IMG/VR virus record: IMGVR_UViG_3300030330_001768
Span: 1 to 31,129 of that record
Length of the DNA: 31,129 nucleotides
Reading direction: 5' to 3' (one strand)
DNA from: a virus
Lineage: Duplodnaviria > Caudoviricetes
The notes beneath the pieces were generated by a model, which had not been told where the DNA came from, did not search any database, and worked only from the letters and a program-made list of their open reading frames with translations. Shown here one piece after another: positions 8,903 through 16,195 of the stretch. The first letter of the stretch is position 1. Every line of letters begins with the position of its first letter. The position numbers and the translations under genes were made by a program.

Positions 8903-9402
8903 ATCAAATTCCTTCCATTGACATAAGCCATGAAATCTTCAGACACATTCTGGTAATAACCGCTTGAGGCCAAGTTGTCTGAATATTTAATTAACTTGCT
9001 CAAGCGTTGCACAAACACCATGCCGTACACTTCGTCTGTAACTGATCCCCAGTTGTGTGGGTCCAAGTTTGGATCGTCTGGCCCAAACTCGTCTGGATCA
9101 AATGACATCAGATACAAATCATCATCAACTATTGTGGGGTTGTGTTTCTTTACCCACTCATTGCTCTGCCATTCGGTGTGGTCGTACACCACAATGGTCA
9201 GGTCAAACTTATCATCCCATTCGTCAATTGCTGCGACTACTTCAGGCTTTGTTCCCAAGACCACATTAACCTTGTTGTTTACCCACGCTTTCTTGGCAAA
9301 CGGACATGGCTTGCTGCCGTTGTAGAACATGCTTGGAACATCCAAGTAGTTTGCAACCCAGTTCTCTAGGTCCTGCTTGATTGTGGCAAGTTCAAGAGTC
9401 AT
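8863..9402 (-). CDS. DUF1415-like protein, paralog 2 (179 aa)
   Basis: W..YLDVP......PCPFAKKAW motif; ATGA-coupled. Confidence 0.6.
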   Translation of the reverse strand: MTLELATIKQDLENWVANYLDVPSMFYNGSKPCPFAKKAWVNNKVNVVLGTKPEVVAAIDEWDDKFDLTIVVYDHTEWQSNEWVKKHNPTIVDDDLYLMSFDPDEFGPDDPNLDPHNWGSVTDEVYGMVFVQRLSKLIKYSDNLASSGYYQNVSEDFMAYVNGRNLICAEEAKQRASVE

Positions 9403-9917
9403 TTGGTGGTGGTTCTTCTTGCGAGTATTTCGTAGTACAGGTCTGATCGCCAGTGTTCGTAGAATCCGTCTTCTTCGAGTGCTTTGCTTGCGATGTTGAG
9501 TTCGTCGAGCCTGAACAGCAGGATGAACACATATTCATCGTGCAATCCAAGTTGCTCGTCATCTTCTGTTGTAGTAGCGATAAATGTGTTCTCATCCCAC
9601 GGATGCATTCCAAGGGCAAACACATTCTGTTTCGACCAGCGACGATTGATGCGACGGACATCCTCAAGGAATTGATCCATGTCCCAATCGTCCGGCTCAA
9701 CCTTGACAAGAATCCCGACCGCCGCCTTGCTGTCCAGGAACAGTGGGATCTCTCGCAGCACGTCCCGCCAGTCATCAACCAGCCGTACCCGTGCGGCGTT
9801 GGCTTCCCATGCTCCCCTTGCGTATGGGCAGATAGGAAAGTCCTGCATGGATTCACGAGGCACCTCAAGCACCTGCTTACTCCACAATCGCACTTCAGAG
9901 ATGATCTGGTCAAGCAT
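9399..9917 (-). CDS. DUF1415-like protein, paralog 1 (172 aa)
   Basis: W...LEVP......ICPYARGAW, HP, and 'RL..L..AS..L...GFY..W' motifs. Confidence 0.6.
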   Translation of the reverse strand: MLDQIISEVRLWSKQVLEVPRESMQDFPICPYARGAWEANAARVRLVDDWRDVLREIPLFLDSKAAVGILVKVEPDDWDMDQFLEDVRRINRRWSKQNVFALGMHPWDENTFIATTTEDDEQLGLHDEYVFILLFRLDELNIASKALEEDGFYEHWRSDLYYEILARRTTTK

Positions 9918-9918
9918 T

Positions 9919-10113
9919 TCATAGGTCCAGTGAACTCACATACGCTTCCATCAACTCGACACCCGTGATCGGGTTGTCCGCAATCATAACGCTCCAAGTC
10001 GTGTCCGCCGTTGTGATCGCTGCCATCCAACCCTCTCCGCCATGCGAAGCAAGCAGGTCGATCATCTCGTTTGCAAGTTCTTCCAGTCGTGTCTGCAATT
10101 CGCTACCCATCAT
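9919..10113 (-). CDS. Hypothetical protein (~64 aa)
   Basis: Fills the gap between TerL and the next gene; start moved to ATG 10113. Confidence 0.55.
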   Translation of the reverse strand: MMGSELQTRLEELANEMIDLLASHGGEGWMAAITTADTTWSVMIADNPITGVELMEAYVSSLDL

Positions 10114-12013
10114 GCACCCCCGCGTGACCCAGAATGTCACCTAGCGTGTTCCGCTTGAACATTGGCTTCGTGCCGTCGAAGTGTGGTGCTTCATTACGCA
10201 TGAAGACCGCACCGGCATAGGCGATGACACGGTCACCGTGCGACTCCCTTGCCCCGGTTGATTCGTCTTGCAGGAGGCCAGGCCCGATGCTGCCGTCCGC
10301 GAAGAACACATAGTCCAGCATCTCTCCCAAACCCTCGCGGCTGTGGATCGTGATGTCCCCAGCGTTGATCTCGCGGGAGAGGCCGGACAGGAGAATACGC
10401 TTGGACCTGCGATCCGAACGCCACCCGAAGTCCCTCGTGCGTTTGTCGGTACGCTTGCCCAACTGTCGCCGGTAGTAGATGTAGGAGTAGTCTTGCCGTT
10501 GAACGTCCTGATAGAACGCCTCGCCTGGACCGTTGACCTCCCACCCTAAGAACGCCTCGCCATTCTGACCACGCCAGATGGTGCGGCCCGCCAGACAGAT
10601 TTCTTCAGCCAGATCAAACGGTGAGGTGAACGGGTCAACGTATTCGGCAACGATTTCTCCAGTCTCGCGGTCCATCACCGCGACGGCAGTGTTAGATGAT
10701 CCGCGACCCTGTGCAAGGTCAGCGAACATGCAGAAGTTTGTCTCACGGTCTGGGCGACCTTGTGACAGGTCACACCAGACGAACCAACGACCACGCTCAC
10801 ACTCAACGAGCTTTCCGTCTTCGATCTCGCATCGCTTAGCATCCTGACCGTAGGTCTGAATGTGCCGGGTAACGATGGAGGAGTTGAAGAACAAATCGCC
10901 GGAAGTGGTATGGTCGATAAGGATATTCTGTCCGACATCAGATGGGTCTTGCCGACGCTCGACCTGATTGCGGAACCAAGGGCTACACCAATACCCACGA
11001 CCGGCGATGTTCGTGATCGTTCCGTCTTCGTCGATCTTCCATTCGCGGTTCTTCCCCTTCGTTGGATGGTCCCAGTAGCCAAGCGTCACAATCTTCGGCT
11101 TGCCATGAACGAGACCAGCGTTGCGTTGTTTCGTGAATTCTGTGCCTGGACCGATGGGTGTCGAGTTACCGATACGACAGGCTGAGGTATCTGCTGCTGA
11201 TCGCCATGCGTCGGTAGCGTGGTCCATCGCAGCCATCTCATCGAACAGGACAAAGGTTCGGCGACCACCACGACCGACATGGCCGGTTGTTGCCTGACCA
11301 GAGATCGTCGCGTTCGTCACTGGGTTGATGAGTTGCATGTGGCTTCGGCATGATCCACCACGCATAAAGTGTTGCCGCTCGCCTGGAAGCATCCAGTCTG
11401 GGCAGGACTCCAGCATGTAGTCAACCTTCCAGAAGAGACTGTCGGGGTCGCCTCGTCTGTCGACCAGATCCTCGATACGGCTGGCCATCAAGACCTGAGC
11501 GTCATCGCGGAACAGCCAGTACCAAGTCGCCACGGCAACACACAACCACGATGCTCCCATGTCACGGGACTTGTCAATGATGACATCCTCACCCGTGTCG
11601 ATGGCGTGGCAGATGTCCTTCAATGCCGCGTCCTGTACGGGCCAGGTTCGGAAGGGAACGTGCTGTGCCATCGCTGGCACTTCGTTGCCCTCGTCATCCA
11701 CCACCTTCAGGTTGTAGGTCCATCCGAAGTAGTTCAGCCAGAAGTGAACACTGGCCTTGCATGCGTCGATGATCTCATCGCGGTCGATCCCCGGCTCGTT
11801 GCCCAAGGCTACGAGTTCTTCGCGTACTACGAGGTTCAGATCCTCGTCAGTCGCTATCGGCCAGCCACTCGCCTCGTCGATCCAGAAGATCCCGTAGGTC
11901 AGTGGATGAGCCTTTTCGCTCGCACTGTTCTCGCAACGCATGAAGTCTTTCCCGCAACCGGCTTGCACTACCGGATACTGATTGGCTCTGGATCGGACCA
12001 CCACCGGGTCCAC
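10103..12013 (-). CDS. terL: Terminase large subunit (true start possibly ATG 11941)
   Basis: KSRDMGASW Walker A variant, VLFDE Walker B, NSTP coupling motif, RNase H-like nuclease motifs ADLAQG / EVNGPG / HGDRVIA. Confidence 0.92.
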   Translation of the reverse strand: MDPVVVRSRANQYPVVQAGCGKDFMRCENSASEKAHPLTYGIFWIDEASGWPIATDEDLNLVVREELVALGNEPGIDRDEIIDACKASVHFWLNYFGWTYNLKVVDDEGNEVPAMAQHVPFRTWPVQDAALKDICHAIDTGEDVIIDKSRDMGASWLCVAVATWYWLFRDDAQVLMASRIEDLVDRRGDPDSLFWKVDYMLESCPDWMLPGERQHFMRGGSCRSHMQLINPVTNATISGQATTGHVGRGGRRTFVLFDEMAAMDHATDAWRSAADTSACRIGNSTPIGPGTEFTKQRNAGLVHGKPKIVTLGYWDHPTKGKNREWKIDEDGTITNIAGRGYWCSPWFRNQVERRQDPSDVGQNILIDHTTSGDLFFNSSIVTRHIQTYGQDAKRCEIEDGKLVECERGRWFVWCDLSQGRPDRETNFCMFADLAQGRGSSNTAVAVMDRETGEIVAEYVDPFTSPFDLAEEICLAGRTIWRGQNGEAFLGWEVNGPGEAFYQDVQRQDYSYIYYRRQLGKRTDKRTRDFGWRSDRRSKRILLSGLSREINAGDITIHSREGLGEMLDYVFFADGSIGPGLLQDESTGARESHGDRVIAYAGAVFMRNEAPHFDGTKPMFKRNTLGDILGHAGVHDG

Positions 12014-12332
12014 TGATCTCGTGCCGCTTGGTCCCGAACATCTCCGGGAAGTATCCCTTGCTCAGATGAATGAGCATCGGGACATTGTCTTGTTCTAGTG
12101 CCAGATGTCTACACTTGGCAATGATTCGCTCGCCACAGGCTGCTACCGCCTGCTCAAAGCAAATCTGATAGTCCTCTGAGTTCTTGATCCAGGAGTAGTG
12201 TCGTGTCCGATCTACCCCGGCCCGACGCGCGGCTTCACTGATAACCCCGCAGATTTCGTAGGCCCGCAAGAAGTTCCGCTGGTTCTCTGTCAGGGTTGAG
12301 TATTCTCGTGACTGATCGTTGTGTTCATTCAT
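11847..12332 (-). CDS. terS: Terminase small subunit
   Basis: 'QRNFL.AY..CG.ISEAARRAGV.R..HY.W' HTH and 'HEISGPGGGPI' C-terminal motif; upstream of terL. Confidence 0.8.
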   Translation of the reverse strand: MNEHNDQSREYSTLTENQRNFLRAYEICGVISEAARRAGVDRTRHYSWIKNSEDYQICFEQAVAACGERIIAKCRHLALEQDNVPMLIHLSKGYFPEMFGTKRHEISGPGGGPIQSQSVSGSASRLRERLHALREQCERKGSSTDLRDLLDRRGEWLADSD

Positions 12333-12631
12333 GAGCATTTCCACCTTCGCCTAGCCTGATTGATTCGTGAGTTCGGATCATTTCTCGTCTTTGCAGAAGC
12401 CATACGTTTCTGGCCTGCACTTCTTGCACAATATGACTTGCGTCTCTTTGCTGCTTTGCTACCAGCCTTAACCTTACCAGTGACAGCCGTCTTCAATTTG
12501 CTACCGGGGTTGGCTTTCCTGTACCGCTTCACGCCTTCGCGTGTCATGCCAGCTCCAGCCTTGGTCTTGCGGTAGTTCGGCTTCTTGCCTGTCGTGGTCC
12601 TTGAAATAGACTTCTGTCTCTTTGCAGCCAT
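12329..12631 (-). CDS. Conserved basic phage protein, DUF6321-like (100 aa)
   Basis: 'GM T..G...YR..NPGSKLK..V...RRKSYCAR..G...DPNSRIN.A.R.W.C' signature recalled from marine phages. Confidence 0.7.
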   Translation of the reverse strand: MAAKRQKSISRTTTGKKPNYRKTKAGAGMTREGVKRYRKANPGSKLKTAVTGKVKAGSKAAKRRKSYCARSAGQKRMASAKTRNDPNSRINQARRRWKCS

Positions 12632-12795
12632 TATCGTTTCTTCTTAGCGGTCTTGGCACTTCGCTTGAATGCTTTGCTGGAAGGAGAACCCTTTGTCCCC
12701 GGCTTTCTCATGGACTCTCCGCTGCCCGCTTTGATTCGCTTGCGTTTAGCGTGGATATTCGCGTAGAGACCAGGTTTCTTCCTTCGCTTTGCCAT
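12631..12795 (-). CDS. Conserved small basic phage protein (54 aa)
   Basis: GLYANIHAKRKRIKAGSGE.MRKPG motif; start set at ATG 12795, just after the upstream stop. Confidence 0.7.
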   Translation of the reverse strand: MAKRRKKPGLYANIHAKRKRIKAGSGESMRKPGTKGSPSSKAFKRSAKTAKKKR

Positions 12796-12796
12796 A

Positions 12797-13171
12797 TCAC
12801 ATGATCCGAATGATGTAGATAGTGACCACGGCTGTCTTACCACTTCCCATTGCGTCACCTGTAATTGTCAGTGGACCGTAACACGCGATGCCATTGTGCA
12901 GGTCATCTTGGTACTTGATGTCTGCAACTGTGTCATCTCCCGTGTCATTGTTTGAAATGTCTGCCACACGGGCGTAGGTGTCGTTGATGAACAGATCCCA
13001 GTTGTCTGTTGGGGTGTCACTATCATCGGGGTCAATCTCGACTTGGACGATGAAGCCCTTGTAGCTATGCGAAGTCGTTACGGCTGCGTCACCACTACTA
13101 TCAGAGGTGAGTGTCGCTTGGACAACCATCATGTCATCGTTGTGTAGTTCTGCGTTAATTGCTGTTGCCAT
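12797..13171 (-). CDS. Hypothetical acidic beta-rich protein (124 aa)
   Basis: Tightly packed in the operon; no recognisable motif. Confidence 0.6.
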   Translation of the reverse strand: MATAINAELHNDDMMVVQATLTSDSSGDAAVTTSHSYKGFIVQVEIDPDDSDTPTDNWDLFINDTYARVADISNNDTGDDTVADIKYQDDLHNGIACYGPLTITGDAMGSGKTAVVTIYIIRIM

Positions 13172-13180
13172 GTCTTGTCT

Positions 13181-13927
13181 CTAGTGCTTGCGGCCTGATC
13201 GTCGCCTGCGACGGCGGCGGCCAATGCCAAATGTTCGGGATGTCAGAGCCGCGCCGGGACGCGGTGCGTATACGATTTCCAACTCAGGACGCTCGCCAGC
13301 CGTCCCGTAGTCCTGTGACCTGTAACCAATGTCTAATGATGCTGATCCACCTGACGTTGTCGAAGCATAGGTCAGAACATCTGGGATCAACATGATGTTC
13401 AACTTCTGGCCACGGTTGTTCTGAGCATCCTGAGCCAACGCAGTGAAGTCCTTGCCAGATATCGTTCTCGTACCTGTTCCTTGCCCATGAACCTCCAAAT
13501 GGTATGGACGATTCCCAGGCAAGATAATCGATGTGTCTAGCGAGCCACCAGCAGAATTGGAGAGTCCAGCACCTACCGATTCGCCAATAGTAGTTTCCCA
13601 CGCCGTACCATCTGAGGCTTCGGTCCACGTTGCATCTTCAGCGACGTTGGTGTCTGCGATTCGGTAGACCCTGATAGACATCTCAACAGCACCAACAATG
13701 TCATCAAACCAGGCAGTCATTGTGATCTTTGCCGACACGATGTGAGCGTTCTTCGGTACGCCTGCGGCTGCCAGATCCCACAACATGATGGTCCGCAGAT
13801 CAGCACCGTCTTGCCTAGAAGCCACTCGCAACTGGGTCGAGTCGGCATAGGTGGGGTTGTTGTCCCCGGCAACCATGAACGCATCGGAGAACGATCCACT
13901 GCCTTGTCCGTAGGTGACCGTTGGCAT
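13181..13927 (-). CDS. DNRLRE-like beta-sandwich protein with Arg-rich tail (248 aa)
   Basis: 'D.FM......Y...L.V...R..M.WDL...IVSAKIT...ATW...W...G...S.D....RPELEIVY' pattern. Confidence 0.65.
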   Translation of the reverse strand: MPTVTYGQGSGSFSDAFMVAGDNNPTYADSTQLRVASRQDGADLRTIMLWDLAAAGVPKNAHIVSAKITMTAWFDDIVGAVEMSIRVYRIADTNVAEDATWTEASDGTAWETTIGESVGAGLSNSAGGSLDTSIILPGNRPYHLEVHGQGTGTRTISGKDFTALAQDAQNNRGQKLNIMLIPDVLTYASTTSGGSASLDIGYRSQDYGTAGERPELEIVYAPRPGAALTSRTFGIGRRRRRRRSGRKH

Positions 13928-14050
13928 CTAGTGCTTCTTTCCCCAAGGAGTGACGGTGTTGAGCCATGTCCAGAAGCCCCACGACTGGAGCAGGGAGCCC
14001 ACGCCAACGGCTGCTCCCATTGATACAACGTACAGGGTCAAGCTAATCAT
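13928..14050 (-). CDS. Small membrane protein (40 aa, MISLTLYVVSMGAAVGVGSLL...PWGKKH)
   Basis: ATGA-coupled start, AGGA upstream, one hydrophobic segment; only the 3' part of track ORF 13928..14548. Confidence 0.6.
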   Translation of the reverse strand: MISLTLYVVSMGAAVGVGSLLQSWGFWTWLNTVTPWGKKH

Positions 14051-14622
14051 CTGATCTTCTTCCTTGCGTTGAAGTCTTTGCGGTCGATGCCACGCAGCAC
14101 GCGACCCACTGATCCTGCGGTCAACTCCTGATAGCCAGCGGTGTCTTCGATGTATTCCGCTCGTGCAGTGAGTTTCCGCTTGAAGTTCCATTTCTGCCAG
14201 AGCGTACCGAGGTAGTACGCGAGTGAGGCGACCCCAGCGATCCCAAGGATCACCGCCATTGGTATCGAAAGATGTGTCAGCACATCCAACAGGAATACCG
14301 GAGCCACACACAGCACGATGCCGACCGCGAGCAGTCCGATGGCCGACTTCCGTGACCCAATGAACCAGGCGACGATTGCCGCGAGGAGTGCAACAAGGCC
14401 GCCAGCGGTCAGGGGCCAGAGCGATCCCGACTGGGCAGCCATCGCCATCAGGTGGCCTGGATCTCCAGCGAGGGGAGCAGCAAGCCCTGAAACGGAGGCA
14501 TGTTTCAGATTGCTTGCGCTCACGCACCCCGCTAGAGCCGTGAGGCACAGCGTGAAGGAGATCAACGCTGCGCCGTGGGATCGGATTGCATGTCGGTCAA
14601 TCACGAGTGAGTCCTGTGTCAT
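14047..14622 (-). CDS. Putative lipoprotein with three further TM segments (191 aa)
   Basis: Hydrophobic stretch ending in lipobox LAG/C, three TM helices, basic C-terminus. Confidence 0.6.
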   Translation of the reverse strand: MTQDSLVIDRHAIRSHGAALISFTLCLTALAGCVSASNLKHASVSGLAAPLAGDPGHLMAMAAQSGSLWPLTAGGLVALLAAIVAWFIGSRKSAIGLLAVGIVLCVAPVFLLDVLTHLSIPMAVILGIAGVASLAYYLGTLWQKWNFKRKLTARAEYIEDTAGYQELTAGSVGRVLRGIDRKDFNARKKIR

Positions 14623-14839
14623 TCAAGAGAAGCGTGTCAAGTGTTCGCTCGACGCGAGCCACACGCTCATCAATCACTTCCTGTTGCACAATGACTGTTT
14701 CGATCTTGACCCCAATTTCTCGCTGCCTGTTCAACGTAGTCATGACGATGGTGACAACCACTGGAACGATGATTCCGATCAACACCAACCAGTCCTGAAT
14801 TGACAAGCGAACGATGTTTGTGCCTGGGTTCCGCGTCAT
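14597..14839 (-). CDS. Single-TM coiled-coil protein (80 aa), possibly lysis-related
   Basis: WLVLIGIIVPVVVTIV TM segment then '..ERVARVE' heptads; GGAG RBS. Confidence 0.6.
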   Translation of the reverse strand: MTRNPGTNIVRLSIQDWLVLIGIIVPVVVTIVMTTLNRQREIGVKIETVIVQQEVIDERVARVERTLDTLLLNDTGLTRD

Positions 14840-14872
14840 AGGTTCTCCGAACGCGCAACACTTCCCCGTGGC

Positions 14873-14900
14873 CTTGTACGCGATATGTAATTTATGTCAA
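14873..14900 (-). promoter_or_regulatory. Possible sigma70-type promoter for 14839 onward
   Basis: Perfect TTGACA, 16-nt AT-rich spacer, weak -10 TACAAG. Confidence 0.35.
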
Positions 14901-15157
14901 CCCCCGTCTCCGGTATTTCTCCACACATTGGCTTCAATGTCAGGAAGACCAAGTGTCACACCACGCTCGCCAGTAGCAATCTGAAGTATGCCCTGCTCGA
15001 CCAGCATCATGACATGTCGGCGTGTCGAGGTCTCCGGTATCCCAGTCTCACGCGAGAGATCCATGACTGAGGGCCAATAGCCGTTGTCCATCAGGAAGAG
15101 CTTCACCGCTTGGATGATTGCTTTGCGTCTTCGTTTTGTCTCATCTATCTCAGACAC
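14897..15157 (-). CDS. LexA-type winged-HTH DNA-binding protein without peptidase domain
   Basis: 'AII.AV..F..DNGYWPSV.DL...G...TS...H...LVE.G.L' matches the LexA N-terminal domain; start set at GTG 15157. Confidence 0.7.
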   Translation of the reverse strand: MSEIDETKRRRKAIIQAVKLFLMDNGYWPSVMDLSRETGIPETSTRRHVMMLVEQGILQIATGERGVTLGLPDIEANVWRNTGDGG

Positions 15158-15527
15158 CGGGAATCCCCCGGTCTTCCGCCACAATGGTTAGGACTTGTTG
15201 CGTGTTGTCAACCCCGAATGTGGTGCGATGAACCCGCCATCGGTTCTTGAGCTTCCTCCAGCACCACAGTTCAAGATGTCGATTTGGCCCGGCTGTCCAG
15301 GTGACGGCGGCTGGCGAATCCATCATCTTCTTGATGTGGGAAGACCGCCCGCTCATCGTTGTGGCTTGTACCCCGATGGTCTCGTTGTCGTTGATACCGA
15401 TGACATCGATGACACCGAACAGGTCTTGCCTGATTCTGGCGTGAGGATTCCAACGCTCGACCACCTGAGAGAGATAGCCGTCGCGCCGTAATCGCTCCAG
15501 CGTCCTTGCTGTGGGCGATGAGGGCAT
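15150..15527 (-). CDS. PD-(D/E)XK nuclease, Holliday-junction resolvase / VRR-NUC-like (125 aa)
   Basis: 'SPT.RTL..LR..GY....VE.WNP..R.RQDLFG..D......GVQ.TT' family pattern. Confidence 0.7.
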   Translation of the reverse strand: MPSSPTARTLERLRRDGYLSQVVERWNPHARIRQDLFGVIDVIGINDNETIGVQATTMSGRSSHIKKMMDSPAAVTWTAGPNRHLELWCWRKLKNRWRVHRTTFGVDNTQQVLTIVAEDRGIPGV

Positions 15528-15542
15528 GGGGAAAGTGTACCA
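15528..15542 (-). promoter_or_regulatory. Extended -10 promoter, probably leaderless
   Basis: TG-G-TACACT lies 6 nt upstream of ATG 15527; no SD sequence. Confidence 0.55.
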
Positions 15543-15545
15543 AGT

Positions 15546-15670
15546 GAAAGTTCCCCGCTAGATTCCCCACACTTCCCCGCTGGCTTCCCCGCTAATGAGG
15601 TAGCCCGACGAAAGTTCCGGGTTAGATTCCTACCCCTTACCAGTTAGATTCCCACCTAATGAGGTAGCCC
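15546..15670. repeat. Two 61-bp imperfect direct repeats (15546-15606, 15610-15670) with internal TTCC sub-repeats
   Basis: Ungapped alignment, 47/61 identical by hand; both end CTAATGAGGTAGCCC; third TAATGAGGTAG at 15817-15827. Confidence 0.85.
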
Positions 15671-15682
15671 CCCAAAAAACAC

Positions 15683-15777
15683 CATTCTTGGGTTCTTGGG
15701 TTTTTAGGACCATAAAGCCCTATCCAACAAATACGCACCCCGCTTTAAGCATTCAAAAAGCCAACAAGCCAAGAATG
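15683..15777. repeat. 23-bp imperfect inverted repeat with 49-bp spacer
   Basis: CATTCTTGGGTTCTTGGGTTTTT (15683-15705) vs AAAAAGCCAACAAGCCAAGAATG (15755-15777), 20/23 complementary. Confidence 0.8.
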
Positions 15778-15840
15778 CAACTTTGCGGTTTGGGGTTGTG
15801 CAACGAACCACTTGTGTAATGAGGTAGATAAGCCTGATTT

Positions 15841-15890
15841 ACACCCCTATGCAACAATATGCACCCTTATGCAACAATATGTGCTATAGT
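15841..15890 (+). promoter_or_regulatory. Extended -10 promoter preceded by a 20-bp tandem repeat
   Basis: RCACCCYTATGCAACAATAT x2 (15841-15880), then TG-C-TATAGT. Confidence 0.65.
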
Positions 15891-15931
15891 GATCGTGTCA
15901 GTGATAGGCACTGGCAACTAAGGAGGCAACC

Positions 15932-16174
15932 ATGAAACCTAGAACCAAATACATCGTGACAATGGATCGAGACGGGACCATCATTCAGGACCACACGGGC
16001 CTGGCTTCAAAGATCAAGAAGCCTGAGATGAAGTTCCACCTGTCAATCTTCGTGGGTACGCTTGAAGAGCTTGACCTTGAAGCAGAGAGCATGATTCACT
16101 TCGGCGGCGTAAACCCCAAATCAGATGTCTTCAGCGTTCAGGGTGAGAGCCTGAAGCAGTGGGTCCAAACCTGA
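15932..16174 (+). CDS. Hypothetical protein (80 aa); the only credible plus-strand gene
   Basis: AAGGAGG RBS, own promoter and terminator, no overlap with minus-strand genes. Confidence 0.8.
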   Translation: MKPRTKYIVTMDRDGTIIQDHTGLASKIKKPEMKFHLSIFVGTLEELDLEAESMIHFGGVNPKSDVFSVQGESLKQWVQT

Positions 16175-16195
16175 TACACTCTCCACTCGTACCTC

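Noticed and set aside
9392-10030. 212-aa Cys-rich ORF as a second nested gene
   Set aside because: Overlaps two better-supported genes; off-frame-like composition with no motif, unlike the nested ORF in dcm.
11947-11953. GGGAAAG as a -1 frameshift fusing TerS and TerL
   Set aside because: TerS reads it CGG GAA AGA, the wrong phase for X XXY YYZ, and TerL is +1 relative to TerS. More likely a weak RBS for ATG 11941.
13928-14548. 206-aa track ORF as one gene
   Set aside because: The upstream part overlaps the lipoprotein gene and looks non-coding; only the last 40 codons have a coupled start.
15546-15880. CRISPR mini-array
   Set aside because: Repeats are degenerate and irregularly spaced (64 and 160 bp), intervening sequences resemble each other, and no cas genes are present.
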